In this document: piece by piece, positions 63,877 to 64,000 of the stretch | Numbering within the stretch: the stretch's first letter is position 1 | How the letters are laid out: every line of letters begins with the position of its first letter | From: Octopus sinensis | Taxonomy: Eukaryota | NCBI RefSeq assembly: GCF_006345805.1 | Contig: NC_043001.1 | Location: 32,612,001 to 32,676,000 of the forward strand | DNA: 64,000 bases | Direction: 5' to 3' | Program-made: the position numbers and the translations under genes | Notes under the pieces: model-generated | What the model was told of the DNA's origin: nothing | Database searches by the model: none | Seen by the model: only the letters and a program-made list of their open reading frames with translations

Positions 63877-64000
63877 AACACACTCACATACACGCACGCA
63901 TACACACACACATCTATACTCCACATATGAGACTCAGAGATGACACTTAGTATGGCTCAAAACATTCAAACTTAGACTACGATGTGTTTAAAAGGGATCA

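Overview
Eukaryotic DNA that is AT-rich and extremely repeat-dense, with a 100-N gap at 23031-23130. The repeat content resembles an octopus or other coleoid cephalopod genome (inference from the SINE types, not verified). No host gene can be identified with confidence. Four short minus-strand exon candidates exist, and nearly all listed ORFs are microsatellite artefacts. The window contains at least five tRNA-type SINE families, CR1/L2-group and REL-endonuclease (R4/Dong-like) LINE fragments, two mariner relics, non-autonomous Helitrons and large simple-repeat fields. The standout signal is a set of type I hammerhead ribozyme (HHR) motifs from three unrelated sequence families, all in elements lodged next to (TA)n tracts. 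One (57807-58445) caps a ~165-bp near-perfect fold-back; removing a TSD-bounded SINE gives a ~385-nt rod-like, retrozyme/viroid-like monomer. Another (62632-63006) is a 375-nt unit delimited by predicted cleavage sites and followed by a partial tandem repeat. Several other 180-270 bp fold-backs sit in (TA)n tracts, and three hairpin elements share a conserved tail. Together these suggest Penelope-like or retrozyme-like RNA elements that target microsatellites. All structures were read by eye; no folding or database search was run.
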